Source of the DNA: Desulfobacteraceae bacterium
Lineage (GTDB): Bacteria; Desulfobacterota; DSM-4660; Desulfatiglandales; HGW-15
Assembly (NCBI GenBank): GCA_050124735.1
Contig: JASFEQ010000001.1
Location: 1 to 47,287 of the forward strand
Reading direction: 5' to 3'
Length of the DNA: 47,287 nucleotides
The notes beneath the pieces are model-generated. The model ran no database searches, was not told the origin of the DNA, and saw only the letters and a list, made by a program, of their open reading frames with translations. Position 1 is the first letter of the stretch. Each line of letters starts with the position of its first letter. Both the position numbers and the translations under genes were made by a program. This document shows, piece after piece, positions 26,442 to 35,181 of the stretch.

Positions 26442-27743
26442 TTGAACCAGAAAGCAGTGCTTGTCATAGGTGGTGGTATTGCAGGCATTCAGGCCTCCAT
26501 AGACCTGGCCAACATGGGCATTAAGGTCTATCTTGTTGAGAAGAAACCGAGCATAGGGGGAAGAATGGCCCAACTGGACAAGACCTTTCCCACCAATGAC
26601 TGTTCAATGTGTATCTTAGCCCCAAAGATGATCGAATGCGCCAACCATGACAATATCGAACTCCTGACCTATTCTGAACTGGCAGAACTGAAAGGCAAAC
26701 CGGGGAAATTTAAGGCCAAGGTCATAAAGAAGGCCCGTTTTGTGGAAGAGGACAAATGTGTCGGTTGTGGGGACTGCGCTGAAAAGTGTCCCACAAAGGC
26801 GGATGATGAGTTCAATACCGGCCTGGGCAAAAGGAAGGCGATTTATAAATATTTTCCCCAGGCAGTCCCCTCCACATATGTTATAGATCCAGATCATTGC
26901 CGAACGATGCAAGGAAAGAAATGCGGTGTCTGTGAAAAGATATGTAAGGCCAATGCCGTCAATTACGGACAGAAAGACAAGGTCTTGGCCCTCAATATAG
27001 GTGCCGTGGTTCTGGCCACCGGATTTGATCTCTATGATGTGGCTCCCTTGAAGGAATACGGCTGGGGAAGTATCAAGAATGTCATTACTGCCATGCAGTT
27101 TGAGAGAATGATATGCGCTTCCGGCCCCACCGGTGGGCATCTAAAGCGCCCTTCTGACGATAAGGAACCCAAGAGATTGGCTTTCATTCAATGTGTGGGA
27201 TCAAGGGATATCCGGCACAAAAGGTATTGTTCCGCCGTCTGCTGCATGCACGCCACAAAAGAGGCCATTCTCGCTCGTGAGCACTATCCAGGACTCACAT
27301 CAACTATATTTTACATGGATATGAGGGCAGCCGGAAAAGGTTTCCAGGAGTACGTTCGCAGGGCCAAAAGTCAGTATGCTGTGGAATATGTACGTGCAAG
27401 GCCGGGCCGGGTGACCGAGAATGAGGAGAATAACAATCCGGTCATTCATTATGAGGATACGATCAATAGAGCGTTCAACGCCAGAGAATTTGATATGGTC
27501 ATTCTATGCCAGGCCCTCGTACCGAGCGAGAGCAATCTCTCCGTCGCAGAAAATCTGGGTATTGAATTGGATGAGTTCGGTTTTATCTCCACACCCCAAG
27601 AACTCATCAACCCGTTCGGTACAACCAAGGAAGGAATCTTTGGATGTGGCTTTTGCCAATCTCCCATGGACGTACCCGATTCTGTTATCAGGGCATCGGC
27701 AGCAGCGTCCAAGGTGGCCGAAGTCATGGCACATGGTTCCTAA
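26442..27743 (+). CDS. hdrA: HdrA-like FAD/Fe-S flavoprotein (module 1)
   Basis: VLVIGGGIAGIQASIDLANMGIKVYLVEKKPSIGGRM...FPTNDCSMCIL; ferredoxin insert CVGCGDCAEKCP / CGVCEKICKANA; QCVGSRD...YCSAVCCMHATK; C-terminal GIFGCGFCQSPMDVPDSVIRASAAA. TTG start. Confidence 0.8.
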   Translation: MNQKAVLVIGGGIAGIQASIDLANMGIKVYLVEKKPSIGGRMAQLDKTFPTNDCSMCILAPKMIECANHDNIELLTYSELAELKGKPGKFKAKVIKKARFVEEDKCVGCGDCAEKCPTKADDEFNTGLGKRKAIYKYFPQAVPSTYVIDPDHCRTMQGKKCGVCEKICKANAVNYGQKDKVLALNIGAVVLATGFDLYDVAPLKEYGWGSIKNVITAMQFERMICASGPTGGHLKRPSDDKEPKRLAFIQCVGSRDIRHKRYCSAVCCMHATKEAILAREHYPGLTSTIFYMDMRAAGKGFQEYVRRAKSQYAVEYVRARPGRVTENEENNNPVIHYEDTINRAFNAREFDMVILCQALVPSESNLSVAENLGIELDEFGFISTPQELINPFGTTKEGIFGCGFCQSPMDVPDSVIRASAAASKVAEVMAHGS

Positions 27744-27757
27744 GGAAAGACGTCAAT

Positions 27758-29473
27758 ATGTCAATTAGGGTAGGGGTTTTTATTTGCCACTGTGGTACAA
27801 ACATCGGCGGTATCGTTGATGTACCGAAGGTTGTGGAGTATGCGCGGACCCTGCCCAACGTTGTTTATACCGAGGGCAATCTCTATACCTGCTCGGAGGA
27901 CGGCCTCTCTTCTATTCGGAACATTATAAAGGAACATCATCTAAATCGGGTGGTGGTCGCCTCTTGTACGCCGCGCACGCATGAACCCTTATTCAAAAGA
28001 AACTGCGAGTTAGCCGGCCTCAATAAATATCTGTTTGAGTTTGTCAACATCAGGGAGCATTGCTCCTGGGTCCATATGGACAGGCATGAGGACGCCACCC
28101 TAAAGGCGAAGGACCTGGTCCGCATGGGGGTGGCTAAGGTTACGCTGTTAAGGCCGCAAGAGGATTTGTCCACAGATGTTATAAAGGCATCCTTAGTCAT
28201 TGGGGGTGGAATTTCCGGTCTCTCAGCGGCCCTGACACTCGCCAACCAGGGCTATCAGGTTGAATTAATCGAAAAGAAAGATAGGCTGGGCGGGCTTTTG
28301 AGAGATATAAACAGGGTCTTTCCCACGAATGAGCCCTCTGCGGACCTCCTTGATCCCTTACTCAATGCCGTCTCCAATCACGAAAGGATAAAGGTCCACC
28401 TTGGTGTGGAACTGATCGGTGTGAATGGTTTTCTCGGGAATTTCAAGGCAGAGATCAAGAAAAAGGGTAAGACCCAAGAGTTGAAGGTGGGCACCATAAT
28501 TGTGGCTGTGGGCGCAGAGGAACTTAAGCCGACAGGGCTTTTTGGGTATGATCAGTTTCATAATGCGATGACGCAACTCGAATTCGAGCAGGAGTTCAAG
28601 TCAAATTACTCTGACTTGGACCGGGTTGTCATGATAAATTGCGTTGGCGCAAGGGTGGAGGAAAGGACATATTGCGGGCGGTTTTGTTGTATCACAGGCA
28701 TGAAGAATGCCATCCTCATAAAAGAGGCGAATCCGCAGGCGGAGATAAGTATTTTGCAAAGGGATATTATGGCCGGTGGAAAGGTCTTTGAGGACTATTA
28801 CAGAAGAGCACTCCAGATGGGGATTAGATTCATCCGGTATAATGTGGATCGGCCCCCCAAAATTTCGGGTTCCGATAATTTAGCCCAGAAGGTTGAAGTC
28901 TACCATGAGCTCATTGGAGAGAATATTGAAATCGACGTGGATCTCGTGCTCTTGAATACACCCCTCGTCCCCAGAGAGGACAACGAGCAACTTTCCAAGA
29001 TCATGAGAATACCCATTGGGAGTGAGGGATTTTTTTTGGAGGCCCATCAGAAACTCAGACCGGTTGAGTTCCCTTCTGACGGTCTGTTTATTGCAGGATG
29101 TGCACGTTATCCCACAGAGATAGCGGAGTGTATTGCGCAGGGCTATGCGGCTGCAGCCAAGGCGGCTATCCCCATGGCCCAGGGACAGGTGGTCAGCGAG
29201 GCTTTTACCGCTGAGGTTGATCCTTTGAAATGCTCTACCTGCGGGAGGTGTGTGGGCATCTGTCCTTTCGGTGCCATAGATTGGACCGATTGGAAGGATA
29301 TGATGGGAGAAAGCAGGAAAGTAGCCCTAGCCAACCCTACCGAGTGTAAGGGATGCGGCTTATGCGTGGCCTCTTGTCTCAGTGGTGCTATTCAGCTAAA
29401 GGGGTTTACTGATGAAGAGATTTTGGCCATGGTTAGTACCACGGCGGAAACTCATGAACTAATCGTAGCTTAG
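27758..29473 (+). CDS. hdrA: HdrA-like flavoprotein (module 2) with N-terminal Cys-rich domain and C-terminal 2x[4Fe-4S] ferredoxin
   Basis: VGVFICHCGTNIGG...ASCTPRTHEPLF...IREHCSWVH; second FAD fold LVIGGGISGLSAALTLANQGYQVELIEKKDRLGG; NCVGARVEERTYCGRFCCITGMK; CSTCGRCVGICPFGA and CKGCGLCVASCLSGA. The ATG at 27758 follows aaggaaag; the long ORF start at 27644 overlaps the previous gene. Confidence 0.8.
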   Translation: MSIRVGVFICHCGTNIGGIVDVPKVVEYARTLPNVVYTEGNLYTCSEDGLSSIRNIIKEHHLNRVVVASCTPRTHEPLFKRNCELAGLNKYLFEFVNIREHCSWVHMDRHEDATLKAKDLVRMGVAKVTLLRPQEDLSTDVIKASLVIGGGISGLSAALTLANQGYQVELIEKKDRLGGLLRDINRVFPTNEPSADLLDPLLNAVSNHERIKVHLGVELIGVNGFLGNFKAEIKKKGKTQELKVGTIIVAVGAEELKPTGLFGYDQFHNAMTQLEFEQEFKSNYSDLDRVVMINCVGARVEERTYCGRFCCITGMKNAILIKEANPQAEISILQRDIMAGGKVFEDYYRRALQMGIRFIRYNVDRPPKISGSDNLAQKVEVYHELIGENIEIDVDLVLLNTPLVPREDNEQLSKIMRIPIGSEGFFLEAHQKLRPVEFPSDGLFIAGCARYPTEIAECIAQGYAAAAKAAIPMAQGQVVSEAFTAEVDPLKCSTCGRCVGICPFGAIDWTDWKDMMGESRKVALANPTECKGCGLCVASCLSGAIQLKGFTDEEILAMVSTTAETHELIVA

Positions 29474-29497
29474 AGTCTCTATGGGAAGCAGGGGAAA

Positions 29498-29977
29498 TTG
29501 AAAGGACTGAAAACAGAGATTGAGCGGCTTATCCGAGAAAACAACCTCTATCTCTGTTTAGAGTGCGGTAAATGTTCTGCTGTCTGCCCGATGCTGGATT
29601 TCTATGGGGAATACGTCTACGACCGTTCCCCTAGAGGCGTCGTAGAGCGACTATCCCTTGACCCTGAGAAGATTGATGATGAAGCCCTGTGGTATTGCCT
29701 GGCCTGTAAAGAGTGCACTTTCTTTTGCCCCTGCGGGATCAATTTCCAAGGCTTTATGATGGAGCTAAGGGAACTTTTACTGCAACGTGGATATGACGAG
29801 CATGCCCTTTTTTGTCCTGTGTGTGGCCGTTACATCATGCCCAAAAAGGAATTTGAACATCTACAAAAAGGGGAGAGTTCTGAAAAGATAGGCGAGCTTC
29901 TGTCCGTGTGTGAAAGGTGCAAGAAAAACAGTTATGTGGACATCCTATACAAGGTGTGCTCTGGGCACAAGGGATAA
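29498..29977 (+). CDS. HdrC-like 2x[4Fe-4S] protein with C-terminal Cys-pair tail
   Basis: CLECGKCSAVCP and CLACKECTFFCP in the HdrC spacing, then CPVCG...CERC. The TTG start is uncertain. Confidence 0.6.
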   Translation: MKGLKTEIERLIRENNLYLCLECGKCSAVCPMLDFYGEYVYDRSPRGVVERLSLDPEKIDDEALWYCLACKECTFFCPCGINFQGFMMELRELLLQRGYDEHALFCPVCGRYIMPKKEFEHLQKGESSEKIGELLSVCERCKKNSYVDILYKVCSGHKG

Positions 29978-30010
29978 GGCGTGAATCAAGCGTTTGGTCG
30001 CTGAAGATAG

Positions 30011-30303
30011 CTAGTGCGCTGTACCTTAAATTTCAATACTAGAAGACTCTGTCTTCCCGTCCATTGAGCGATGGCCCATTCCTTCAAGACGATATCTAAA
30101 GCGTCCTGGGGAGGTGGTCTGATCTTAGAGGGTTTAAATGGACTATGACTTGGTCGGGACGACACATTCTGCCAGGGGTTTTAGGGTGTAAACCCTCAAA
30201 GATCAGACCACGGCGATGCTCAGTGGAATTTCTTCTGAGATATCGTCTTTCAGGAACAGGCCATCACTCCAAACGATAGAAATATATGATGCAGTGCACT
30301 AGA
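30011..30303. repeat. ~293-bp imperfect foldback (long inverted-repeat) element
   Basis: Three nested arm pairs: ctagtgcgctg/cagtgcactag (30011/30293); tgagcgatggcccattccttcaagacgatatct versus agatatcgtctttcaggaacaggccatcactcc; gtggtctgatcttagagggttta (30114-30136) versus taaaccctcaaagatcagaccac (30189-30211). Confidence 0.7.
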
Positions 30304-30396
30304 TATATGGAAACAGGCCAAGCGGTTTCTTAATCGCTCGTCTGCCTTTAAGCTCACTTTTAATATTTCTGCTAGGAATAGAAAGGAGAATACGTT

Positions 30397-30666
30397 ATGG
30401 CAATTGATGAAGAGAAACTGTCAGGGGCCGAGAGTCTCAGGAAGACCAGGACCTATGGCAAATTCAGGTGCCATAATCCAAGCTGTATGGGAAGAATTGA
30501 GGTTGCGCCAGGGGCCAAGCTCTGCAAGTGCCCCGAATGCGGTCTTGAGTTCCGTGTATCTTGGATTCGCCCTGATTTTCCTCGCATACGGGGTCCCGTA
30601 TGGGATGTGAACAAAAGAATCGCCCAAGAGACTGTGGACAAAAAGGGCGGCGGAAAAAAGCAGTAA
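30397..30666 (+). CDS. small zinc-ribbon protein
   Basis: 89 aa. CHNPSC...CKCPEC forms four Cys in a ribbon arrangement, followed by a basic tail. RBS aaaggagaa. Ends 18 nt before the AOR gene. Confidence 0.55.
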   Translation: MAIDEEKLSGAESLRKTRTYGKFRCHNPSCMGRIEVAPGAKLCKCPECGLEFRVSWIRPDFPRIRGPVWDVNKRIAQETVDKKGGGKKQ

Positions 30667-30684
30667 AGAAAGGGGAATAAAAAA

Positions 30685-32625
30685 ATGGCATTAGATAGGA
30701 AGGTAGCTTACATCGATCTTTCCAAGGGTGAGATTGAAACCAGGCCCATTCCGCTTGAGGTTCGAAAGAAATTCCTCGGCGGTAGAGGGCTGGATGCATA
30801 TTTGCTTTATAACCATACGAAGAAAGGTTGTAACCCGATCGGCCCTGGAAATGCGCTCATGGTGAGCGGCGGTATCTTATGCGGGACCTGCGCTTCTGCC
30901 ACATCCAGAACGCACGTCATGGCAAAATCTCCGCTCTCAAATTTACTCGGCAGCACCAATATGGGGGGATTTTTTTCTCCCGAAATGGCTTGGGCCGGCT
31001 TTCACCATCTGGTCATCAAGGGCAAGGCGAAAAAGCCGTGCTATCTCTGGATCCACAACGGTGAAATAGAGATACGAGATGCCGACAACCTGTGGGGCAA
31101 GTCTGTTACGGATACGCAATGGGCCATTAGGGAAGAATTGGGAGATGAAGACATCAAGAGCATGGTGATCGGCCCGGCGGGTGAGAACCTGGTCAGGTTC
31201 GCCAATGTGATGACAGGTATCAAGAACGCTGGTGGTAGAACGGGTATGGGTTGCGTGATGGGGTCCAAAAACCTCAAGGCCATAGCTGCCAGAGGAACGA
31301 TGGACATAAAGATTGCCCATCCCGTCGACGCCTTAGAGTACAACAAGCGATTCATTGATCAAATCACAAGTTCCAAAGTAAACCAAACCATGGGAACGCT
31401 GGGGACACCTTTCATCTGGGGAGCGACCAATTCCTGGGGCGGTGTAAGGACCAGGAATTTCCAGCACAACCAGTGTGAATATGCGGATGACATCGAACCG
31501 GAGAGACTGGATGAGATCGCTGCGGAAACCATGGGAGAGCATCACATGGTCGGGTGCTTTGGCTGTCAGGTGCACTGCCGTGCACAATATAAGATTCCGT
31601 CCGGTCCCTATGCAGGGACATATGATGAAGGACCTGAGTACACCACGCAATGTGCATTTGGTGCACAACCGGACACCAAGAATGCCGTGACCGTACTGAC
31701 TGGGAATCATCTGGTTAATCAGTTTGGCATGGATTGCCTGGAAACGGGAAGTCTTATCTCCTGGGCCATGGAGCTCTATGAAAAGGGAATCCTCACCAGC
31801 AAAGAGACTGACGGCATTGATCTGAGATTCGGAAATGATGAAGCCCTCCTGGAGATGGTCGAACGCATTTGCTATAGGAAGGGCTTTCTCGGAGATACAC
31901 TGGCTGATGGAGGCATTTTGGCCGCCGAAAAGATTGGGAAGGACTCCTTTGAATATCTCGTTCAGGTCAAGGGGATGAACAACCTGAACTCGGACGAGCG
32001 GGCAACGCCAGCGCTGGCACTCAACGTGGCCACAGCCTCAAGGGGTTCAGATCATTTGAGGAGCCGCCCTGCTATCGACCTCTACCATTTGCCCGAGGAA
32101 GTCCTGAGGAAGATATACAGCAATCCTGTGCCCTACGATGGGCCGTTGACCTCTGAGCATACCGATTATGAGGGAAAGCCTTGGCAGGTTTTTTGGCAAG
32201 AGACTTGTTTCATGGGCGTGGACGCTCTCGGGATTTGCAAATATCACACCACCTTTCTCGGGCCAACCCTTCCCAATTTTGAAGATTGGTCCAAGGTGCT
32301 CTATTACAATACGGGGCTGGAATTGACTCCTTTAGAAATCTGGACCATTGCTGAGAGGTGCAACAACATGGAGAGACTCTTCAATCTCAGGGAGGGATTG
32401 ATAAGGGATGACTTGATGAAGGGTGACATGCTTTGTCACCGCTATTTTGATGAACCGTGCACGCGCGGAGCGCCTGATGTTATTGGAATGACCATAGATC
32501 GGGAAAAGTTCAACAAGATGCTTGATGAATTCTACGAGCACCACGGCTGGGACAAAAACGGTGTTCCTCTTCCCAAGACTCTTAAGAGACTTGACATAGA
32601 GAAAGAGCCATCCCACCTGCTCTAA
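30685..32625 (+). CDS. tungsten/molybdopterin aldehyde:ferredoxin oxidoreductase (AOR) family enzyme
   Basis: 646 aa. AOR N-terminal domain (KVAYIDLSKGEIETRPIP...FLGGRGL), 4Fe-4S ligands CFGCQVHC (CxxCxxxC) plus DALGICKY, and RGSDHLRS. Confidence 0.85.
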   Translation: MALDRKVAYIDLSKGEIETRPIPLEVRKKFLGGRGLDAYLLYNHTKKGCNPIGPGNALMVSGGILCGTCASATSRTHVMAKSPLSNLLGSTNMGGFFSPEMAWAGFHHLVIKGKAKKPCYLWIHNGEIEIRDADNLWGKSVTDTQWAIREELGDEDIKSMVIGPAGENLVRFANVMTGIKNAGGRTGMGCVMGSKNLKAIAARGTMDIKIAHPVDALEYNKRFIDQITSSKVNQTMGTLGTPFIWGATNSWGGVRTRNFQHNQCEYADDIEPERLDEIAAETMGEHHMVGCFGCQVHCRAQYKIPSGPYAGTYDEGPEYTTQCAFGAQPDTKNAVTVLTGNHLVNQFGMDCLETGSLISWAMELYEKGILTSKETDGIDLRFGNDEALLEMVERICYRKGFLGDTLADGGILAAEKIGKDSFEYLVQVKGMNNLNSDERATPALALNVATASRGSDHLRSRPAIDLYHLPEEVLRKIYSNPVPYDGPLTSEHTDYEGKPWQVFWQETCFMGVDALGICKYHTTFLGPTLPNFEDWSKVLYYNTGLELTPLEIWTIAERCNNMERLFNLREGLIRDDLMKGDMLCHRYFDEPCTRGAPDVIGMTIDREKFNKMLDEFYEHHGWDKNGVPLPKTLKRLDIEKEPSHLL

Positions 32626-32646
32626 TGACTGGAAAGGAGAAGATCC

Positions 32647-33144
32647 ATGGAGAAAATGCTGATGATAGATTACCAGAAGTGCACTGGCTGCCGACTCTGC
32701 GAGCTGGTCTGCTCAGTCATGCATGACGGTGTTTCAAACCCTGCCAGAAGTCGTATAAAGGTCATGAAGTGGGAGTCAGAGGGATTGTATATCCCCATGT
32801 CCTGTCAGCAATGTGAGGATGCGCCATGCATGAATGTGTGCCCTGTGAAGGCCATCTCTCGCGATGAGGACTACGGTTTCTTACTCGTTGATTATGATGT
32901 GTGCATTGGTTGCCGCAGCTGCGTGGCTGTCTGTCCTTTTGGCGCCATGAATTATAACGACCTGGACAAGAAGGTATTCAAATGCGACCTCTGCGGGGGC
33001 GAACCCCAATGTGTGCGGTTTTGCGATGTAAAAGCCGTGGATTATGTGGATGCAGCAAGACTAAGTCTACACAAGAAAAAAGATGCGGCACGGCGCTTAT
33101 CCGCCGCACAGAGGGAGGCCTCAGCCTTACAGGCTGCCCTGTAA
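32647..33144 (+). CDS. four-cluster [4Fe-4S] electron-transfer subunit (AorA/BamC/DmsB-like)
   Basis: 16 Cys in four motifs: CTGCRLCELVC, CQQCEDAPCMNVCP, CIGCRSCVAVCP, CDLCGGEPQCVRFC. Confidence 0.8.
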   Translation: MEKMLMIDYQKCTGCRLCELVCSVMHDGVSNPARSRIKVMKWESEGLYIPMSCQQCEDAPCMNVCPVKAISRDEDYGFLLVDYDVCIGCRSCVAVCPFGAMNYNDLDKKVFKCDLCGGEPQCVRFCDVKAVDYVDAARLSLHKKKDAARRLSAAQREASALQAAL

Positions 33145-33193
33145 TTTCCATTTTGGCCTTCCATGCATCTTGAGGGTTTTGTCCAAAATGCCA

Positions 33194-33229
33194 AAAAGAG
33201 GTTTATGGCCTCGGCCATAAACCTCTTTT
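33194..33229. terminator. bidirectional stem-loop terminator between convergent genes
   Basis: aaaagaggtttatggcc-tc-ggccataaacctctttt forms a stem of about 15 bp, flanked by an A-run on one side and a T-run on the other. Confidence 0.6.
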
Positions 33230-33252
33230 CTCATTCCTAGGGCGTCTACGCC

Positions 33253-33525
33253 TTACCCACCGGCAAGCATGAGAATAAGTTGGATTTCGTCCCCATCCTT
33301 GACTGACTTGGCCAGTTCTTCCGGATAAGCACTTTCATTGTTCACGTAGACTTCTACCACATTGAGTAGTTTACCCTTTTTATCAAACAGGCCTTCTTTC
33401 ATGCCGGGATACTGCTGCACCAACTGATCGAGGCAATCGCCCACCGTCCCACCCTCGACCTCCACCATCTCTAAGCCATCGGTATAGGTACGATGGGTCT
33501 TATGGATGTTCACTTTTACACTCAC
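33253..33525 (-). CDS. MoaD/ThiS-family ubiquitin-fold sulfur-carrier protein (C-terminal GG)
   Basis: 90 aa ending LILMLAGG. GTG start after ggaaggag. Comparable to the MoaD-like maturation factor encoded in AOR operons. Confidence 0.7.
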   Translation of the reverse strand: MSVKVNIHKTHRTYTDGLEMVEVEGGTVGDCLDQLVQQYPGMKEGLFDKKGKLLNVVEVYVNNESAYPEELAKSVKDGDEIQLILMLAGG

Positions 33526-33735
33526 ATTTTACTCCTTCCTGGTCAAATGGCCACAATGCGCACAATGAGGGTTCTTCTTGATCTTAAATCCTCTGAACTC
33601 TAATTTCAACCCTAGGTTCCCCTGGTTTCTTATGGATAAAAGGTAATTCTCAGTATAACATCGGCAAGAGGTCTGTTTCAATGCCAACAGAACGGCCCAA
33701 ATGAAGAAAGAAGTTGAAAACCTAACAGATTTGCC

Positions 33736-35181
33736 TTGATGATTGGACACAAGATGTCACTTTCCGAAGCACAGATAAAGCCCAGAAAAAGAATGGCCAT
33801 TATCGCCAGCTACTTCAAGGGGGAGACCTATGGCCTCCTGGGGCCACAGATGGCTGCGACCGTTATCCTGGAGAATACGCCCTATGATTGTATTGTCGTA
33901 ACAGTCGCGCGTGAAGATGATAAAACCATCCTCAAAAGGGTCTTGGCTGAGTATTTCGGGGCGCAAAGGCCCATCATTGGTTTCTCCTTGTTGAGCGGGC
34001 GCCAAGACCTCTTCGCCCTCGCTCAGGAACTCAAGGATGAAGGAGCCCTCACCATCTTAGCGGGCCCTCAGGCGGATGTGGACTACCTGGGGGAGACGGA
34101 CTGGCAGTATCATTCCCACCGGTTTCAAGGGCTCTCTGAAAATTTTTCCTTCTCCCTCCCAGGACCGGCAGAGCAGGCCATCCACCTCTTGGAAAATCTA
34201 GGTAGAGATGGCGGGAAGGGAAGCCCGGGACTACTATGCTTTCGAAAGAATGGTGAAATAATTCAAAATCCCAAGCAGGGATGGGATGAGAAGTTTTTGG
34301 GTGAGATGAGATGGAATAATATCTATATAATAATGAAAACAGGTCTCGTCCCCCTGAAGATCCGCACCGGCCAAGTATTGCAACAGATAGGATGTCCCTA
34401 TGCCGCCCAAGAGCGGTCTGTTGAGATAGACGATCCCGTCTCTTTGGGGAACGGGGCAAAAAAGGTCATACTCCCTTTCAGTGGATGTGCCTTCTGCGAT
34501 GTGGCCGTTGATAAGGGTCTTTACGGTACATTGGAGATGGAGACGGTTGTTCGTCAGATCCGCTGCTTACCAGAAAGGGGGGATGGCAGGAAAATCCCCT
34601 TTGAATTGATCAATGAGAATCCTCTACCCAGGCTGCCACGCTTATTGACAGCGCTCAGGGAAACAAAAATCAGCGTATCCCAGATAAACCTTATTATGCG
34701 GGCAGACTGGTTTCTGAAGGGGGAGAATCATTTGCGCCAGGCCCTGAAATTGGCCAGGGGCATGGGTGTGAGTATCCTTTTGGCATCGGTGGGCTTTGAG
34801 TCTTTCGATGATCGGATCTTGGGCAATTTAAACAAAGGCTTGAGTGTGGAGACGAACCTGCGTGCCATTCGCCTGATGAGGAAACTCAAAGAGGAATTCC
34901 CTTGGCAATGGGGATATTCCAGAAAAGAGGGGGCCATCCATGGGTTCATCCATCCCACGCCATGGGATACGCAAGAGACCTTCGCCAATATCCAAAAAAC
35001 CATAGACCAGTATGACCTCGCCATTGATATCCTCCCTCAGCATAGCACCCCTCTCATCATCCACCACGCCTCAAGGTTAGGGGATTGGATCCGGGAAATC
35101 GAACAGAGGGATGGGATCCAGTTCAGACGACATGGATCGATCATCGAGTGGTGGAGGGTTGGAGACAGATTCACACTCTGA
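33736..35181 (+). CDS. B12-binding-like / radical-SAM-like protein with non-canonical Cys spacing (tentative)
   Basis: N-terminal Rossmann-like segment (MAIIASYF...IIGFSLLSG...LTILAGPQA). GCPY (C220) and GCAFC (C251, C254) are separated by 30 residues. GFESFDDRILGNLNKG resembles the radical-SAM GxES...KG motif. Start uncertain (33739, 33754 or 33793). Confidence 0.45.
   Translation: MMIGHKMSLSEAQIKPRKRMAIIASYFKGETYGLLGPQMAATVILENTPYDCIVVTVAREDDKTILKRVLAEYFGAQRPIIGFSLLSGRQDLFALAQELKDEGALTILAGPQADVDYLGETDWQYHSHRFQGLSENFSFSLPGPAEQAIHLLENLGRDGGKGSPGLLCFRKNGEIIQNPKQGWDEKFLGEMRWNNIYIIMKTGLVPLKIRTGQVLQQIGCPYAAQERSVEIDDPVSLGNGAKKVILPFSGCAFCDVAVDKGLYGTLEMETVVRQIRCLPERGDGRKIPFELINENPLPRLPRLLTALRETKISVSQINLIMRADWFLKGENHLRQALKLARGMGVSILLASVGFESFDDRILGNLNKGLSVETNLRAIRLMRKLKEEFPWQWGYSRKEGAIHGFIHPTPWDTQETFANIQKTIDQYDLAIDILPQHSTPLIIHHASRLGDWIREIEQRDGIQFRRHGSIIEWWRVGDRFTL

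Noticed and set aside
27644-27757. Upstream extension of the second HdrA-like ORF, and the idea that the two HdrA-like ORFs are one gene joined by recoding
   Set aside because: The extension overlaps the first gene in another frame. The first gene ends in TAA, not UGA. An RBS and an ATG at 27758 precede the conserved VGVFICHCG N-terminus.
29978-30396. Possible molybdenum/tungsten-cofactor riboswitch upstream of the AOR genes
   Set aside because: The region is explained by a symmetric foldback repeat, and I do not recognise the Moco-motif conserved segments. This remains unverified without a covariance-model search.
33529-33750. 73-aa ORF directly upstream of, and in frame with, the MoaD-like gene
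   Set aside because: It is separated from the MoaD-like gene by TAA and has low-complexity, implausible composition. It occupies the divergent promoter region. The MoaD-like gene has its own RBS and GTG start.
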